From assembly GCA_965205865.1 (NCBI GenBank), contig CBDBHR010000017.1, forward strand, positions 32,776-96,775: DNA of 64,000 bases, read 5' to 3'. The position numbers were made by a program, and so were the translations under genes. The DNA comes from a bacterium (GTDB lineage Bacteria; SAR324; NAC60-12). Each line of letters opens with the position of its first letter. The first letter of the stretch is position 1. This document shows positions 1 to 12,840 of this stretch, in pieces. The notes beneath the pieces were generated by a model, which was given only the letters and a program-made list of their open reading frames with translations, had not been told where the DNA came from and did no database searches.

Positions 1-3000
1 AGATTTGATACTCCCCTTCGGCTTTCAGAAAAAGTGCTTGATGGCGTAAGGAAAACTGAGGAAATTGTTCCAATTCGTCAAAAAAGCTGATCGCCTCTTT
101 GTAGTTTTTCTTTTCCCATTCCTGCTGACCGATTTGGTAGTAAAGCGAAGCAATTCTTGCTTTCGCTTCTCCTTGATACTGGCTATCCTCCGTTTTAAGA
201 TAATTCTGATAAAGCAGCACGATGGTTTCCATTTGTACTCGATTATGCTGCGACTCGGGTTGACTCATTAAGATTTGATATTCCCCTTCGGCTTTGAGAA
301 AAAGGGCCGGATGGCGTAAGGGGAATTGAGGGAATTGCTCCAGTTCATCAAAAAATGCGATGGCCTCTTTGTAGTTTTGCTGTTCCCATTCATTCTGACC
401 GAGTTGATAATACAGGGAAGCAATCCTCGCTTTGGCATCATCTTGGAACTGGACATCCTCGGTTTTGAGATAATTCTGATAAAGCTGCGCAATGGCTTCC
501 AGGCGAGCTCGTTCGTGTTGTGATTCAGACTGACTGAGTAATATTTGATATTCCCCTTCGGCTTTGAGAAAGAGGGTGGGATGACGTAAGGGGAACTGAG
601 GAAATTGTTCCAGTTTGTCAAAATACGTGATGGCTTCTTTGTAGTTTTGTTTTTCCCATTCCTGCTGACCGAGTTGATAGTAAAGGGAAGCAATCCTCGC
701 TTTGGCATCGTCTTGATACTGACTGTCCTGGGTCTCCAAATAGTTTTGGTAGAGCTTTACAATGGCTTCCGGACGAACTCGTTTATACCGGGACTCAGGC
801 TGGCTCTGTAAGATTTGATACTCCCCTTCGGCTTTCAGAAAAAGTGTCTGATGGCGTAAGGGGAACTGAGGAAATTGTTCCAATTCGTCAAAAAATGCGA
901 TGGCCTCTTTGTAGTTTTGCTGTTCCCATTCATTCTGACCAAGTTGGTAGTAAAGGGAAGCGATTCTTGCTTTCGCTTCTCCTTGATACTGGCTATCTTC
1001 CGTTTTAAGATAATTCTGATAAAGCAGCACGATGGTTTCCATTTGTACTCGATTATGCTGTGACTCGGGTTGACTCAGTAAGATTTGATATTCCCCTTCG
1101 GCTTTCAGAAAAAGGGTCGGATGGCGTAAGGAGAATTGAGGGAATTGCTCCAGTTCATCAAAAAATGCGATGGCCTCTTTGTAGTTTTGCTGTTCCCATT
1201 CCTGCTGACCGAGTTGATAGTAAAGGGAAGCAATCCTCGCTTTGGCATCATCTTGGTACTGGATGTCCTCGGTTTCGAGATAATTCTGATAAAGCTGCGC
1301 AATGGCTTCCAGGCGAGTTCGTTCGTGCTGCGACTTTGGTAGGTTTCGCAGGATTTGATACTCCCCTTCGGCTTTGAGAAAGAGGGTGGGGTGACGTAAG
1401 GGGAACTGAGGGAATTGTTCCAGTTTGTCGAAAAACGCGATGGCTTCTTTATAGTTTTGTTTTTCCCATTCCTGCTGACCGATTTGATAGTAAAGCGAAG
1501 CAATCCTCGAATTGGCATCGTCTTGATACTGACCATCCTGGGTCTCCAAATAGTTTTGGTAGAGTTGTACAATGGCTTCCTGACGAGTTCGATTGCGCTG
1601 CGACTCAGGCTGACTGAGTAAGATTTGATATCCTCCTTCAGCTATGAGAAAGAGGGCGGAGTGGCGTAAAGGAAATAAAGGGAATTGCTTGAGTTCGTTA
1701 AAAAAAACGATCGCTTCCTTATAGTTTTGTTTTTCCCATTCACTTTGACCGAGCTGATAATACAGAGAAGCGATCCTTCCTCTGGCATCGCTTCGGAATT
1801 GGTTGTCCTCGGTTTTCAAATAGTTTTGATAGAGCTGAATGATGGCTTCCATGCGCACTCGATTATTCTGAAACTCAGGCTGGTTGAGCAAAATTTTATA
1901 CTCTCCTTCAGCTTTGAGAAAGAGGGTGGATTGGCGCAGAGGGAATTGAGGGAATTGCTCGAGTTCGTCAAAATAAGCAATCGCTTCTCTATAGTTTTGC
2001 TTTTCCCATTCATTCTGCCCGAGTTGGTAGTAAAGGGAAGCAATCCTCGCTCTGGCATCGTTTCGGTATTGGCTGTCCTGAGTTTCCAAATAGTTTTGGT
2101 AGATCTGCGCAAGGGCTTCCAAATGAGCTCGTTCGTGCTCTGATTTCGGTTGGCTGAGCATGATCTGATATTCCCCTTCGGCCTTGAGAAAGAGGGCAGG
2201 GTGGCGTAGCGGGAATTGAGGGAATTGTTCCAGTTTGTCAAAAAACGCGATGGCTTCTTTGTAGTTTTGTTTTTCCCATTCCTGCTGACCGATTTGGTAG
2301 TAAAGCGAAGCAATCCTCGAATTTGCATCGCCTTGATATTGACTGTCCTGGGTCTCCAAATAGTTTTGGTAGAGTTGTACAATGGTTTCCAGGTGAACTC
2401 GTTTTTGCTCGGATTCAGGTTGGCTGAGCAAGATTTGATACTCTCCTTCGGCTTTGAGAAAGAGAGTGGGGTGGCGCAGAGGGAATTGGGGAAACTGCTC
2501 GAGTTCGTCAAAATAAGCAATCGCTTCTTTGTAGTTTTGCTTTTCCCATTCATTCTGGCCGAGTTGATAGTAAAGGGAAGCAACCCTCGCTCCGGCATCG
2601 CTTTTGTATTGGTTGTCCCCGGTTTTGAGATAGTTCTGATAGAGTTGAATGATGCCTTCCAGGCGAACCCGATTGCGTTGAGGTTCAGGCTGGCTGAGCA
2701 AGATCTGATATTCCCCTTCGGCCTTGAGAAAAAGAGTGGTGTGGCGCAGAGGGAATTGGGGAAAATGCTCGAGTTCGTCAAAATAAGCAATCGCTTCTTT
2801 ATAGTTTTGCTTTTCCCATTCATTCTGGCCAATTTGATAGTAAAGGGAAGCAATCCTCGCTCTGGCATCGTTACGGTATTGGCTGTCCCGAGTCTCCAAA
2901 TAGTTTTGGTAGAGTCTCACGATGGCTTCCAGGCGAACCCGATTGTGTTGAGGCTCAGGCTGGCTGAGCAAGATTTGATACTCCCCTTCGGCTTTGAGGA

Positions 3001-6000
3001 AGAGGGTGGGATGACGTAAGGGGAATTGAGGGAATTGTTCCAATTCGTCAAAAAAGCTGATCGCCTCTTTGTAGTTTTTCTTTTCCCATTCCTGCTGACC
3101 GATTTGGTAGTAAAGCGAAGCAATTCTTGCTTTCGCTTCTCCTTGATACTGGCTATCCTCCGTTTTAAGATAATTCTGATAAAGCAGCACGATGGTTTCC
3201 ATTTGTACTCGATTATGCTGCGACTCGGGTTGACTCATTAAGATTTGATATTCCCCTTCGGCTTTGAGAAAAAGGGTCGGATGGCGTAAGGGGAATTGAG
3301 GGAATTGCTCCAGTTCATCAAAAAATGCGATGGCCTCTTTGTAATTTTGCTTTTTCCATTCTTGCTGACCGAGTTGATAATACAGGGAAGCAATCCTCGC
3401 TTTGGCATCATCTTGGAACTGGACATCCTCGGTTTTGAGATAATTCCGATAAAGCTGCGCAATGGCTTCCAGGCGAGCTCGTTCGTGTTGTGATTCAGGC
3501 TGACCGAGTAAAATTTGATATTCCCCTTCGGCTTTGAGAAAAAGGGTTGGGTGACGTAAGGGGAATTGAGGAAATTGTTCCAGTTTGTCAAAAAACGCGA
3601 CGGCTTCTTTGTAGTTTTGTTTTTCCCATTCCTGTTGACCGATTTGATAGTACAGCGAAGCAATCCTCGAATTGGCATCGTCTTGATACTGACTGTCCTG
3701 GGTCTCCAAATAGTTTTGGTAGAGCTGTACAATGGCTTCCGGACGAACTGGTTTATACCGGGACTCAGGCTGGCTCTGTAAGATTTGATACTCCCCTTCG
3801 GCTTTCAGAAAAAGTGCTTGATGGCGTAAGGAAAACTGAGGAAATTGTTCCAATTCGTCAAAAAAGCTGATCGCCTCTTTGTAGTTTTTCTTTTCCCATT
3901 CCTGCTGACCGATTTGGTAGTAAAGCGAAGCAATTCTTGCTTTCGCTTCTCCTTGATACTGGCTATCCTCCGTTTTAAGATAATTCTGATAAAGCAGCAC
4001 GATGGTTTCCATTTGTACTCGATTATGCTGCGACTCGGGTTGACTCATTAAGATTTGATATTCCCCTTCGGCTTTGAGAAAAAGGGCCGGATGGCGTAAG
4101 GGGAATTGAGGGAATTGCTCCAGTTCATCAAAAAATGCGATGGCCTCTTTGTAGTTTTGCTGTTCCCATTCATTCTGACCGAGTTGATAATACAGGGAAG
4201 CAATCCTCGCTTTGGCATCATCTTGGAACTGGACATCCTCGGTTTTGAGATAATTCTGATAAAGCTGCGCAATGGCTTCCAGGCGAGCTCGTTCGTGTTG
4301 TGATTCAGACTGACTGAGTAATATTTGATATTCCCCTTCGGCTTTGAGAAAGAGGGTGGGATGACGTAAGGGGAACTGAGGAAATTGTTCCAGTTTGTCA
4401 AAATACGTGATGGCTTCTTTGTAGTTTTGTTTTTCCCATTCCTGCTGACCGAGTTGATAGTAAAGGGAAGCAATCCTCGCTTTGGCATCGTCTTGATACT
4501 GACTGTCCTGGGTCTCCAAATAGTTTTGGTAGAGCTTTACAATGGCTTCCGGACGAACTCGTTTATACCGGGACTCAGGCTGGCTCTGTAAGATTTGATA
4601 CTCCCCTTCGGCTTTCAGAAAAAGTGTCTGATGGCGTAAGGGGAACTGAGGAAATTGTTCCAATTCGTCAAAAAATGCGATGGCCTCTTTGTAGTTTTGC
4701 TGTTCCCATTCATTCTGACCAAGTTGGTAGTAAAGGGAAGCGATTCTTGCTTTCGCTTCTCCTTGATACTGGCTATCTTCCGTTTTAAGATAATTCTGAT
4801 AAAGCAGCACGATGGTTTCCATTTGTACTCGATTATGCTGTGACTCGGGTTGACTCAGTAAGATTTGATATTCCCCTTCGGCTTTCAGAAAAAGGGTCGG
4901 ATGGCGTAAGGAGAATTGAGGGAATTGCTCCAGTTCATCAAAAAATGCGATGGCCTCTTTGTAGTTTTGCTGTTCCCATTCCTGCTGACCGAGTTGATAG
5001 TAAAGGGAAGCAATCCTCGCTTTGGCATCATCTTGGTACTGGATGTCCTCGGTTTCGAGATAATTCTGATAAAGCTGCGCAATGGCTTCCAGGCGAGTTC
5101 GTTCGTGCTGCGACTTTGGTAGGTTTCGCAGGATTTGATACTCCCCTTCGGCTTTGAGAAAGAGGGTGGGGTGACGTAAGGGGAACTGAGGGAATTGTTC
5201 CAGTTTGTCGAAAAACGCGATGGCTTCTTTATAGTTTTGTTTTTCCCATTCCTGCTGACCGATTTGATAGTAAAGCGAAGCAATCCTCGAATTGGCATCG
5301 TCTTGATACTGACCATCCTGGGTCTCCAAATAGTTTTGGTAGAGTTGTACAATGGCTTCCTGACGAGTTCGATTGCGCTGCGACTCAGGCTGACTGAGTA
5401 AGATTTGATATCCTCCTTCAGCTATGAGAAAGAGGGCGGAGTGGCGTAAAGGAAATAAAGGGAATTGCTTGAGTTCGTTAAAAAAAACGATCGCTTCCTT
5501 ATAGTTTTGTTTTTCCCATTCACTTTGACCGAGCTGATAATACAGAGAAGCGATCCTTCCTCTGGCATCGCTTCGGAATTGGTTGTCCTCGGTTTTCAAA
5601 TAGTTTTGATAGAGCTGAATGATGGCTTCCATGCGCACTCGATTATTCTGAAACTCAGGCTGGTTGAGCAAAATTTTATACTCTCCTTCAGCTTTGAGAA
5701 AGAGGGTGGATTGGCGCAGAGGGAATTGAGGGAATTGCTCGAGTTCGTCAAAATAAGCAATCGCTTCTCTATAGTTTTGCTTTTCCCATTCATTCTGCCC
5801 GAGTTGGTAGTAAAGGGAAGCAATCCTCGCTCTGGCATCGTTTCGGTATTGGCTGTCCTGAGTTTCCAAATAGTTTTGGTAGATCTGCGCAAGGGCTTCC
5901 AAATGAGCTCGTTCGTGCTCTGATTTCGGTTGGCTGAGCATGATCTGATATTCCCCTTCGGCCTTGAGAAAGAGGGCAGGGTGGCGTAGCGGGAATTGAG

Positions 6001-9000
6001 GGAATTGTTCCAGTTTGTCAAAAAACGCGATGGCTTCTTTGTAGTTTTGTTTTTCCCATTCCTGCTGACCGATTTGGTAGTAAAGCGAAGCAATCCTCGA
6101 ATTTGCATCGCCTTGATATTGACTGTCCTGGGTCTCCAAATAGTTTTGGTAGAGTTGTACAATGGTTTCCAGGTGAACTCGTTTTTGCTCGGATTCAGGT
6201 TGGCTGAGCAAGATTTGATACTCTCCTTCGGCTTTGAGAAAGAGAGTGGGGTGGCGCAGAGGGAATTGGGGAAACTGCTCGAGTTCGTCAAAATAAGCAA
6301 TCGCTTCTTTGTAGTTTTGCTTTTCCCATTCATTCTGGCCGAGTTGATAGTAAAGGGAAGCAACCCTCGCTCCGGCATCGCTTTTGTATTGGTTGTCCCC
6401 GGTTTTGAGATAGTTCTGATAGAGTTGAATGATGCCTTCCAGGCGAACCCGATTGCGTTGAGGTTCAGGCTGGCTGAGCAAGATCTGATATTCCCCTTCG
6501 GCCTTGAGAAAAAGAGTGGTGTGGCGCAGAGGGAATTGGGGAAAATGCTCGAGTTCGTCAAAATAAGCAATCGCTTCTTTATAGTTTTGCTTTTCCCATT
6601 CATTCTGGCCAATTTGATAGTAAAGGGAAGCAATCCTCGCTCTGGCATCGTTACGGTATTGGCTGTCCCGAGTCTCCAAATAGTTTTGGTAGAGTCTCAC
6701 GATGGCTTCCAGGCGAACCCGATTGTGTTGAGGCTCAGGCTGGCTGAGCAAGATTTGATACTCCCCTTCGGCTTTGAGGAAGAGGGTGGGATGACGTAAG
6801 GGGAATTGAGGGAATTGTTCCAGTTCATCAAAAAAAGCGATGGCCTCTTTGTAGTTTTGTTTTTCCCATTCCTGCTGACCGAGCTGATAGTAAAGCGAAG
6901 CAATCCTCGCTCTGGCATCGTTCCGGTACTGATGGTCCTGGGTCTCCAAATAGTTTTGGTAAAGCCTCACAATAGCTTCCAGGCGAGTTCGTTCGTGCTG
7001 CGACTCAGGCTGGTTGAGCAAGATTTGATACTCTCCTTCCGCTTTGAGAAAGAGAGCAGGGTGGCGCAGAGGGAATTGGGGAAATTGCTCGAGCTCGTCA
7101 AAAAAAGCAATGGCTTCCTTGTAATTTTCTTGTTCCCACTCATTCTGACCAAGTTGGTAGTAAAGAGACGCGATCCTTGCTCGGGAATCGTCTTGGTACC
7201 GATTGTCCTCGGTTTTGAGATAGTTCTGATAAAGATATATAACTTTTTCCATACCTGCCCGATCGTGCTGCGATTCAGGCTCGCTGAGCAGGATTTGATA
7301 CTCCCCTTCGGCTTTCAGAAAAAGGGTGGAATGGAGCAGGGGAAATTGGGGGAATTGCTCGAGTTCGTTAAAAAATGCGATGGCTTCTTTGTAGTTTTGC
7401 TTTTCCCACTCTTGTTGACCAAGTTGATAGTATAGCAACGCGACTCGAGATCTGGCATCATCTTGATACTGGTCGTCCTCGGTTTTGAGATAGTTCTGAT
7501 AGAGTTGAATAATGTCCTCTACGCGAACTCGTTTATTCCGGGACTCAGGTTGACTGAGCAGGATTTGATACTCCCCCTCGGCTTTCAGAAAAAGGATGGA
7601 GTGACGCAGAGGAAACTGAGGGAATTGCTCCAATTCGTCAAAAAAAGCGATGGCTTCTTCAAAGTTTTTCTCATGCCATTCATACTGCCCGAGTTGATAG
7701 TAAAGCGAAGCGACCCGGGCTTCAGCATCACTTCGGTATTGGCTACTTTCGGTTTGGAGATAGTTTAGATAGAGCTGTATGATGTTTTCTATGCGAGCTT
7801 TGTTGTGCGGGGAATCCGGCTCGCTGAGCAGGATTTGATACTCCCCTTCGGCTTTCAGAAAAAGGATGGAGATGCGTTGGGGGAACTGTGGGAATTGCTC
7901 GAGTTCGTCAAAAAAAGCAATCGCTTCTTTGTATTTTTGCTTATCCCACTCACTCAGCCCGAGCTGGTAGTAAAGCGAAGCGATCCTTGCGCTGGCATCG
8001 CTTTGATACTGGCTGTCCCCGGTTTTGAGATAGTTTTTATAAAGCTGCGCAATAGTTTCCAGGTGAGCTCGTTTTTGCTCGGATTCAGGCCGACCGAGTG
8101 AGATTTGATACTCCCCTTCGGCTTTCAGAAAAAGGGTGGGGTGGCGCAGTGGAAACTGAGGAAATTGCTCGAGTTCGTCAAAAAAAGCAATCGCTTCTTT
8201 GTAGTTTTTCTCTTCCCATTCATTCTGCCCGAGTTGGTAGAATAGTGAAGCGATCCTCGCTCTGGCATCGGTTTCGTACTTGCTGTCCTCGGTTCCCAGA
8301 TAATTTTTAAAGAGTTGTACAATGCCTTCCATGCGAACTCGATTGTGCTGCGATTTAGGCTGGTTCATCAAGATTTGGTATTCCCCTTCGGCTTTCAGAA
8401 AAAGGGCGGGGTGGCGCAGTGGAAACTGAGGAAATTGCTCGAGTTTATCAAAAAAAGTGATCGCTTCTTTGAAATTTTGCTTTTCCCATTCCTCCTGTCC
8501 GAGCTGGTAATAAAGCGAGGCGACCCTCGCCCTGGCATCGGCTTGGTACTGATCGTCCTCCGTTATGAGATAGTTCTGATAGAGCTGAATGATGGCTTCC
8601 AGGCGAACTCGTTTATGCTGCAACTCGGGCTGGGTCAGCAGGATTTGATATTCCCCTTCTGCCTTGAGAAAAAGGGTGGGGTGACGCAAGGGGAATTGAG
8701 GAAATTGTTCCAGTTCGTCAAAAAAAGCAATCGCCTCTTTGAAGTTTTGCCTTTTCCACTGCAGTTGAGCAAGTTGATAGTAAAGCAAAGCAATCCTCGC
8801 ATTGGCATCGTCCACGTACTGGCTGTCCTCGGTATTGAGATAGTTCTGATAGAGTATCACGATTGTTTCCATGCGAGCCCCTTTGTGCTGGGACTGAGGC
8901 TCGCTCAGCAGAATTTGATACTCCCCTTCGGCTTTCAGAAAAAGAGCCGGGTGGCGCAGGGGAAACTGAGGAAATTGCTCGAGTTCGTCAAAAAACGCGA

Positions 9001-12000
9001 TGGCCTCTTTGTAGTTTTGCTTGTCCCATTCAATTTGACCGAGTTGGTAGTAAAGCGAAGCGATCCTCCCTCTGGCGTCGTCTTGGTACTCGCTGTCCTC
9101 GGTATCGAGATAGTTCTGATAAAGTTGAATGATGCCTTCCAGGCGAGTTCGTTTGCGCTGGGACTCAGGCTGATTGAGCAGGATTTGATACTCCCCTTCG
9201 GCTTTCAGAAAAAGGGTGGGATGGCGCAAATGGAATTGAGGAAATTGTTCTAATTCATCAAAAAAGGCGATGGCCTCTTCGTAGTTTTGCTTGTCCCATT
9301 CAATTTGACCGAGCTGGTAGTATAGCGAAGCGATCCTCGCTCTGGCATCCCCTTCGTATCGGCTATCTCCGGTTTTGAGATAGTTCTGATAGAGCTGAAT
9401 GATGGCTTCCAGGCTAACTCGTTTGTGCTGGGTCTCGGGCTGACTCAGCAGGATTTGATATTCCCCTTCGGCTTTCAGAAAGAGTGCCGGGTGGCGTAGA
9501 TGAAAAAGAGGGAATTGCTCTAGTTCGTCAAAAAAAGCAATCGCTTCTTTGTAGTTTTGCTTTTTCCACTGCAGTTGACCAAGTTGATAGTAAAGCAAAG
9601 CAATCCTCGCATTAGCATCGTCTTCGTACTGGCTGTCCTTGGTATTGAGATAGTTCTGATAGAGTTTCACGATGGCTTCCAAATGAGCCACTTTGTGCTG
9701 GGACTGAGGCTCGCTCATCAGTATTTGATACTCCCCTTCGGCTTTCAGAAAGAGAGCCGGGTGGCGCAGGGGAAACTGAGGGAATTGCTCGAGTTCGTCA
9801 AAAAACGCGATGGCCTCTTGGTAGTTTTGCCTGTCCCATTCAATTTGACCGAGTTGGTAGTATAGCGAAGCGATCCTCGCTCTGGCGTCGTCTTGGTACT
9901 TGCTGTCCTCGGTTTTGAGATAGTTCTGATAGAGCTGAATAATGCCTTCCAGGCGAGTTCGTTTGTGCTGGGACTCAGGCTGATTGAGCAGGATTTGATA
10001 CTCCCCTTCGGCTTTCAGAAAAATGGTGGGATGGCGCAACGGGAATTGGGGAAATTGTTCCAATTCATCAAAAAACGCGATGGCCTCTTCGTAGTTTTGC
10101 TTGTCCCATTCAAATTGACCGAGTTGGTAGTAAAGCGAAGCGATCCTCGCTCTGGCATCGTTCCGGAACTGCTTGTCCTTTGTCTCCAAATAGTTTTGGT
10201 AGAGTCGCACGATGGTTTCCAAGCGCACTCGTGACTGCTGGGTCTGAGGCTGGCTGAGCAAGATCTGATACTCTCCTTCGGCTTTCAGAAAAAGGGTGGG
10301 GTGACGCAAAGGGAATTGTGGGAATTGCTCCAGCTTGTCGAAAAAAGCGATCGCATCTTTGTAGTTTTGCTTCTCCCATTCAATTTGACCGATCTGGTAG
10401 TAAAGCAATGCGATCCTCGCTCTGGCGTCGTCTTGGTATTGGTCGTCTTGAGTCTCTAAATAGTTTTGGTAGAGTAGCACGATGGCTTCCAAACGAGTCC
10501 GTTTCTGTTGGGATTCGGGCAGGCCGAACAAGATTTGATATTCTCCTTCTGCTTTGAGAAAGAGAGTGGGGTGACGCAGGGGGAATTGGGGGAATTGCTC
10601 CAATTTATCAAAAAAACCGATAGCTTCCTTGTAATTTTGCTTTTTCCATTCATTCTGACCAAGCCGATAATAAAGCACGGCAATCCTTGCATTGGCATCA
10701 CTTTGATACTGGATGTTCCCGGTTTTAAGATAATTCTGAAAGAGAAGTACGATGGCTTCCAGGCGAACTCGTTTGTGCTCAGATTCTGGCAGGCTGAGCA
10801 GGATCTGATACTCCCCTTCGGCTTTGAGAAAGAGAGCCGGGTGGCGTAAAGGGAATCCCGGAAATTGTTCCAACTCATCAAAAAAAGTGATGGCTTCCCT
10901 GTAATTATGCCGTTGCCACTCCTGCTGACCCAGTTGATAATAAAGCAAAGCAACCCTCGCCTTAGCATCGTCTTGGTACTGATTGTCCTTGGTTTTCAAA
11001 TAGTTCTGATAGAGTTGGACAATAGCTTCCAGGCGAGCTCGTTTGTGCTGTGATTTAGGCCGCTTGAGCAAGATTTGATACTCGCCTTCGGCTCTGAGAA
11101 AAAGAGTCGGGTGGCGGTGGGGAAATTGAGGAAATTGCTCGAGTTTCTCAAAAAATGCGATGGCCTCTTTGTAGTTTTGCTTTCCCCATTCATTCTGACC
11201 GAGTTGATAGTAAAGCAAAGCGATCCTCGCTCTGGCGTCGTCTTGGTACTCGCTGTCCTCGGTTTTGAGATAGTTCTGATAGAGCTGTACAATGGCTTCC
11301 AGGCGAGATCTTTTTTGCCGTAACTCAGCCAGACTGAGCATGATTTGATACTCTCCTTCGGCTTTGAGAAAGAGTGCCGGATAGCGTAATGGAAATTGAG
11401 GAAATTGCTCCAATTTCTCAAAAAAAGTAATGGCCTCTTTGTAATTTTGCTTTTTCCATTCAATTTGACCGAGTTGGTAGTAAAGCGATGCAATCCTCGC
11501 GTTTGCTTCTCTTTGGTACTGGTCGTCCTGGGTCTCCAAGTAGTTTTGATAGAGTTGCGCGATGGTTTCCATTTCAACTCGACTATGCCGGGACTCAGGC
11601 CGACTGAGAAAGATTTGATACTTCCCTTCGGCTTTGAGAAAAAGGGTGGGTTGACGCAGAGGGAAATGAGGGAATTGCTCGAGTTCGTCAAAAAAAACGA
11701 TGGCCTCTTTGTAGTTTTGCTTCTCCCATTCCATTTGACCGAGTTGGTAATAAAGCGAAGCAATCCTCGCTTTGGCATAGTCTTGGTACTGGCTGTCCTC
11801 GGTTTTGAGATAGTTCTGATAGAGCTGTACAATAGCTTCCATACGAGCTCCTTTTTGCTGCAATTCAAGCTGACTGAACAGGATTTGATACTCGCCTTCG
11901 GCTTTAAGAAAGAGGGTGGAGTGACGCAGGGGAAACTTTGGGAATTGCTCCAATTTTTCAAATAAAGCGATCGCTTCTTCGTAGTTTTGCTTTTCCCACT

Positions 12001-12840
12001 CCCTTTGACCAAGCTGGTAATAAAGCGAAGCAATTCTCGCTTTAGCCTCGTCTTGGTACTGACGGTCCTTGGTTTTGAGGTAATTTTGATAGAGCAGAAT
12101 GATGGTTTCCATGAGAGCCCCTTTGTGCTGGGACTCAGGTACGCGCAGCAAGATTAGATATTCCCCTTCGGCTTTGAGAAACAAAGCGGGATTCCTTAGA
12201 GGGAACCGCGGGAATTGCTCGAGTTCGTCAAAAAAAGCGATCGCTTCTTTATAGTTTTGCTGTTTCCACTCTTTCTGCCCGAGCTGATAGTAAAGCGTGG
12301 CAATCCTCGCTTTACTATCTTCCAGGTACTGGTTGTCCGTGGTTTTAAGATAATTCTGAAAGAGAAGTACGATGGCTTCCAGACGAGCCTTATTGTGCTG
12401 CGACTCAGGTTGGCTGAGCAATATTTGATACTCCCCTTCGGCTTTGAGAAAAAGAGTGGGATGGCGTAAGGGAAATTGAGGGAATTGCTCGAGTTCGTCA
12501 AAAAAAGCGATTGCTTTTTTGTAATTTTTTCGTTTCCACTCACTCTGGCCGAGTTGGTAGTAAAGCGTTGCGATCCTCTCATTAGCAATTTTTTGATATT
12601 GGTTGTCCCCGGTTTTGAGGTAGTTTTGATAGAGCCCTGCGATAGCTTCCATACGAGCCCCTTTTTTGCGGGTCTCAGACTCACCCAGCAATATTTGATA
12701 CTCCCCTTCAGCTTTGAGAAAGAGAGTGGAATCGCGCAGGGGGAACTGAGGGAATTGCTCCAATTTGTCAAAAAAAGCAATCGCTTCTTTGAAGTTTTTT
12801 TGCCCCCACTCATTTAAGGCGAGTTGGTAATAAATTTTGG
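1..12840. repeat. Coding tandem repeat, 270-bp unit, about 47.5 copies, with 810-bp and 3,780-bp higher-order periods
   Basis: A gatttgata-type anchor recurs every 270 bp from position 2 to 12692. 1-3042 matches 3781-6822 and gives identical shadow ORFs at offset 3780. Confidence 0.97.

Noticed and set aside
1-12840. CRISPR array or DGR template/variable repeat
   Set aside because: Units are 270-bp coding repeats with no unique spacers, and no cas or reverse transcriptase gene is in the window.
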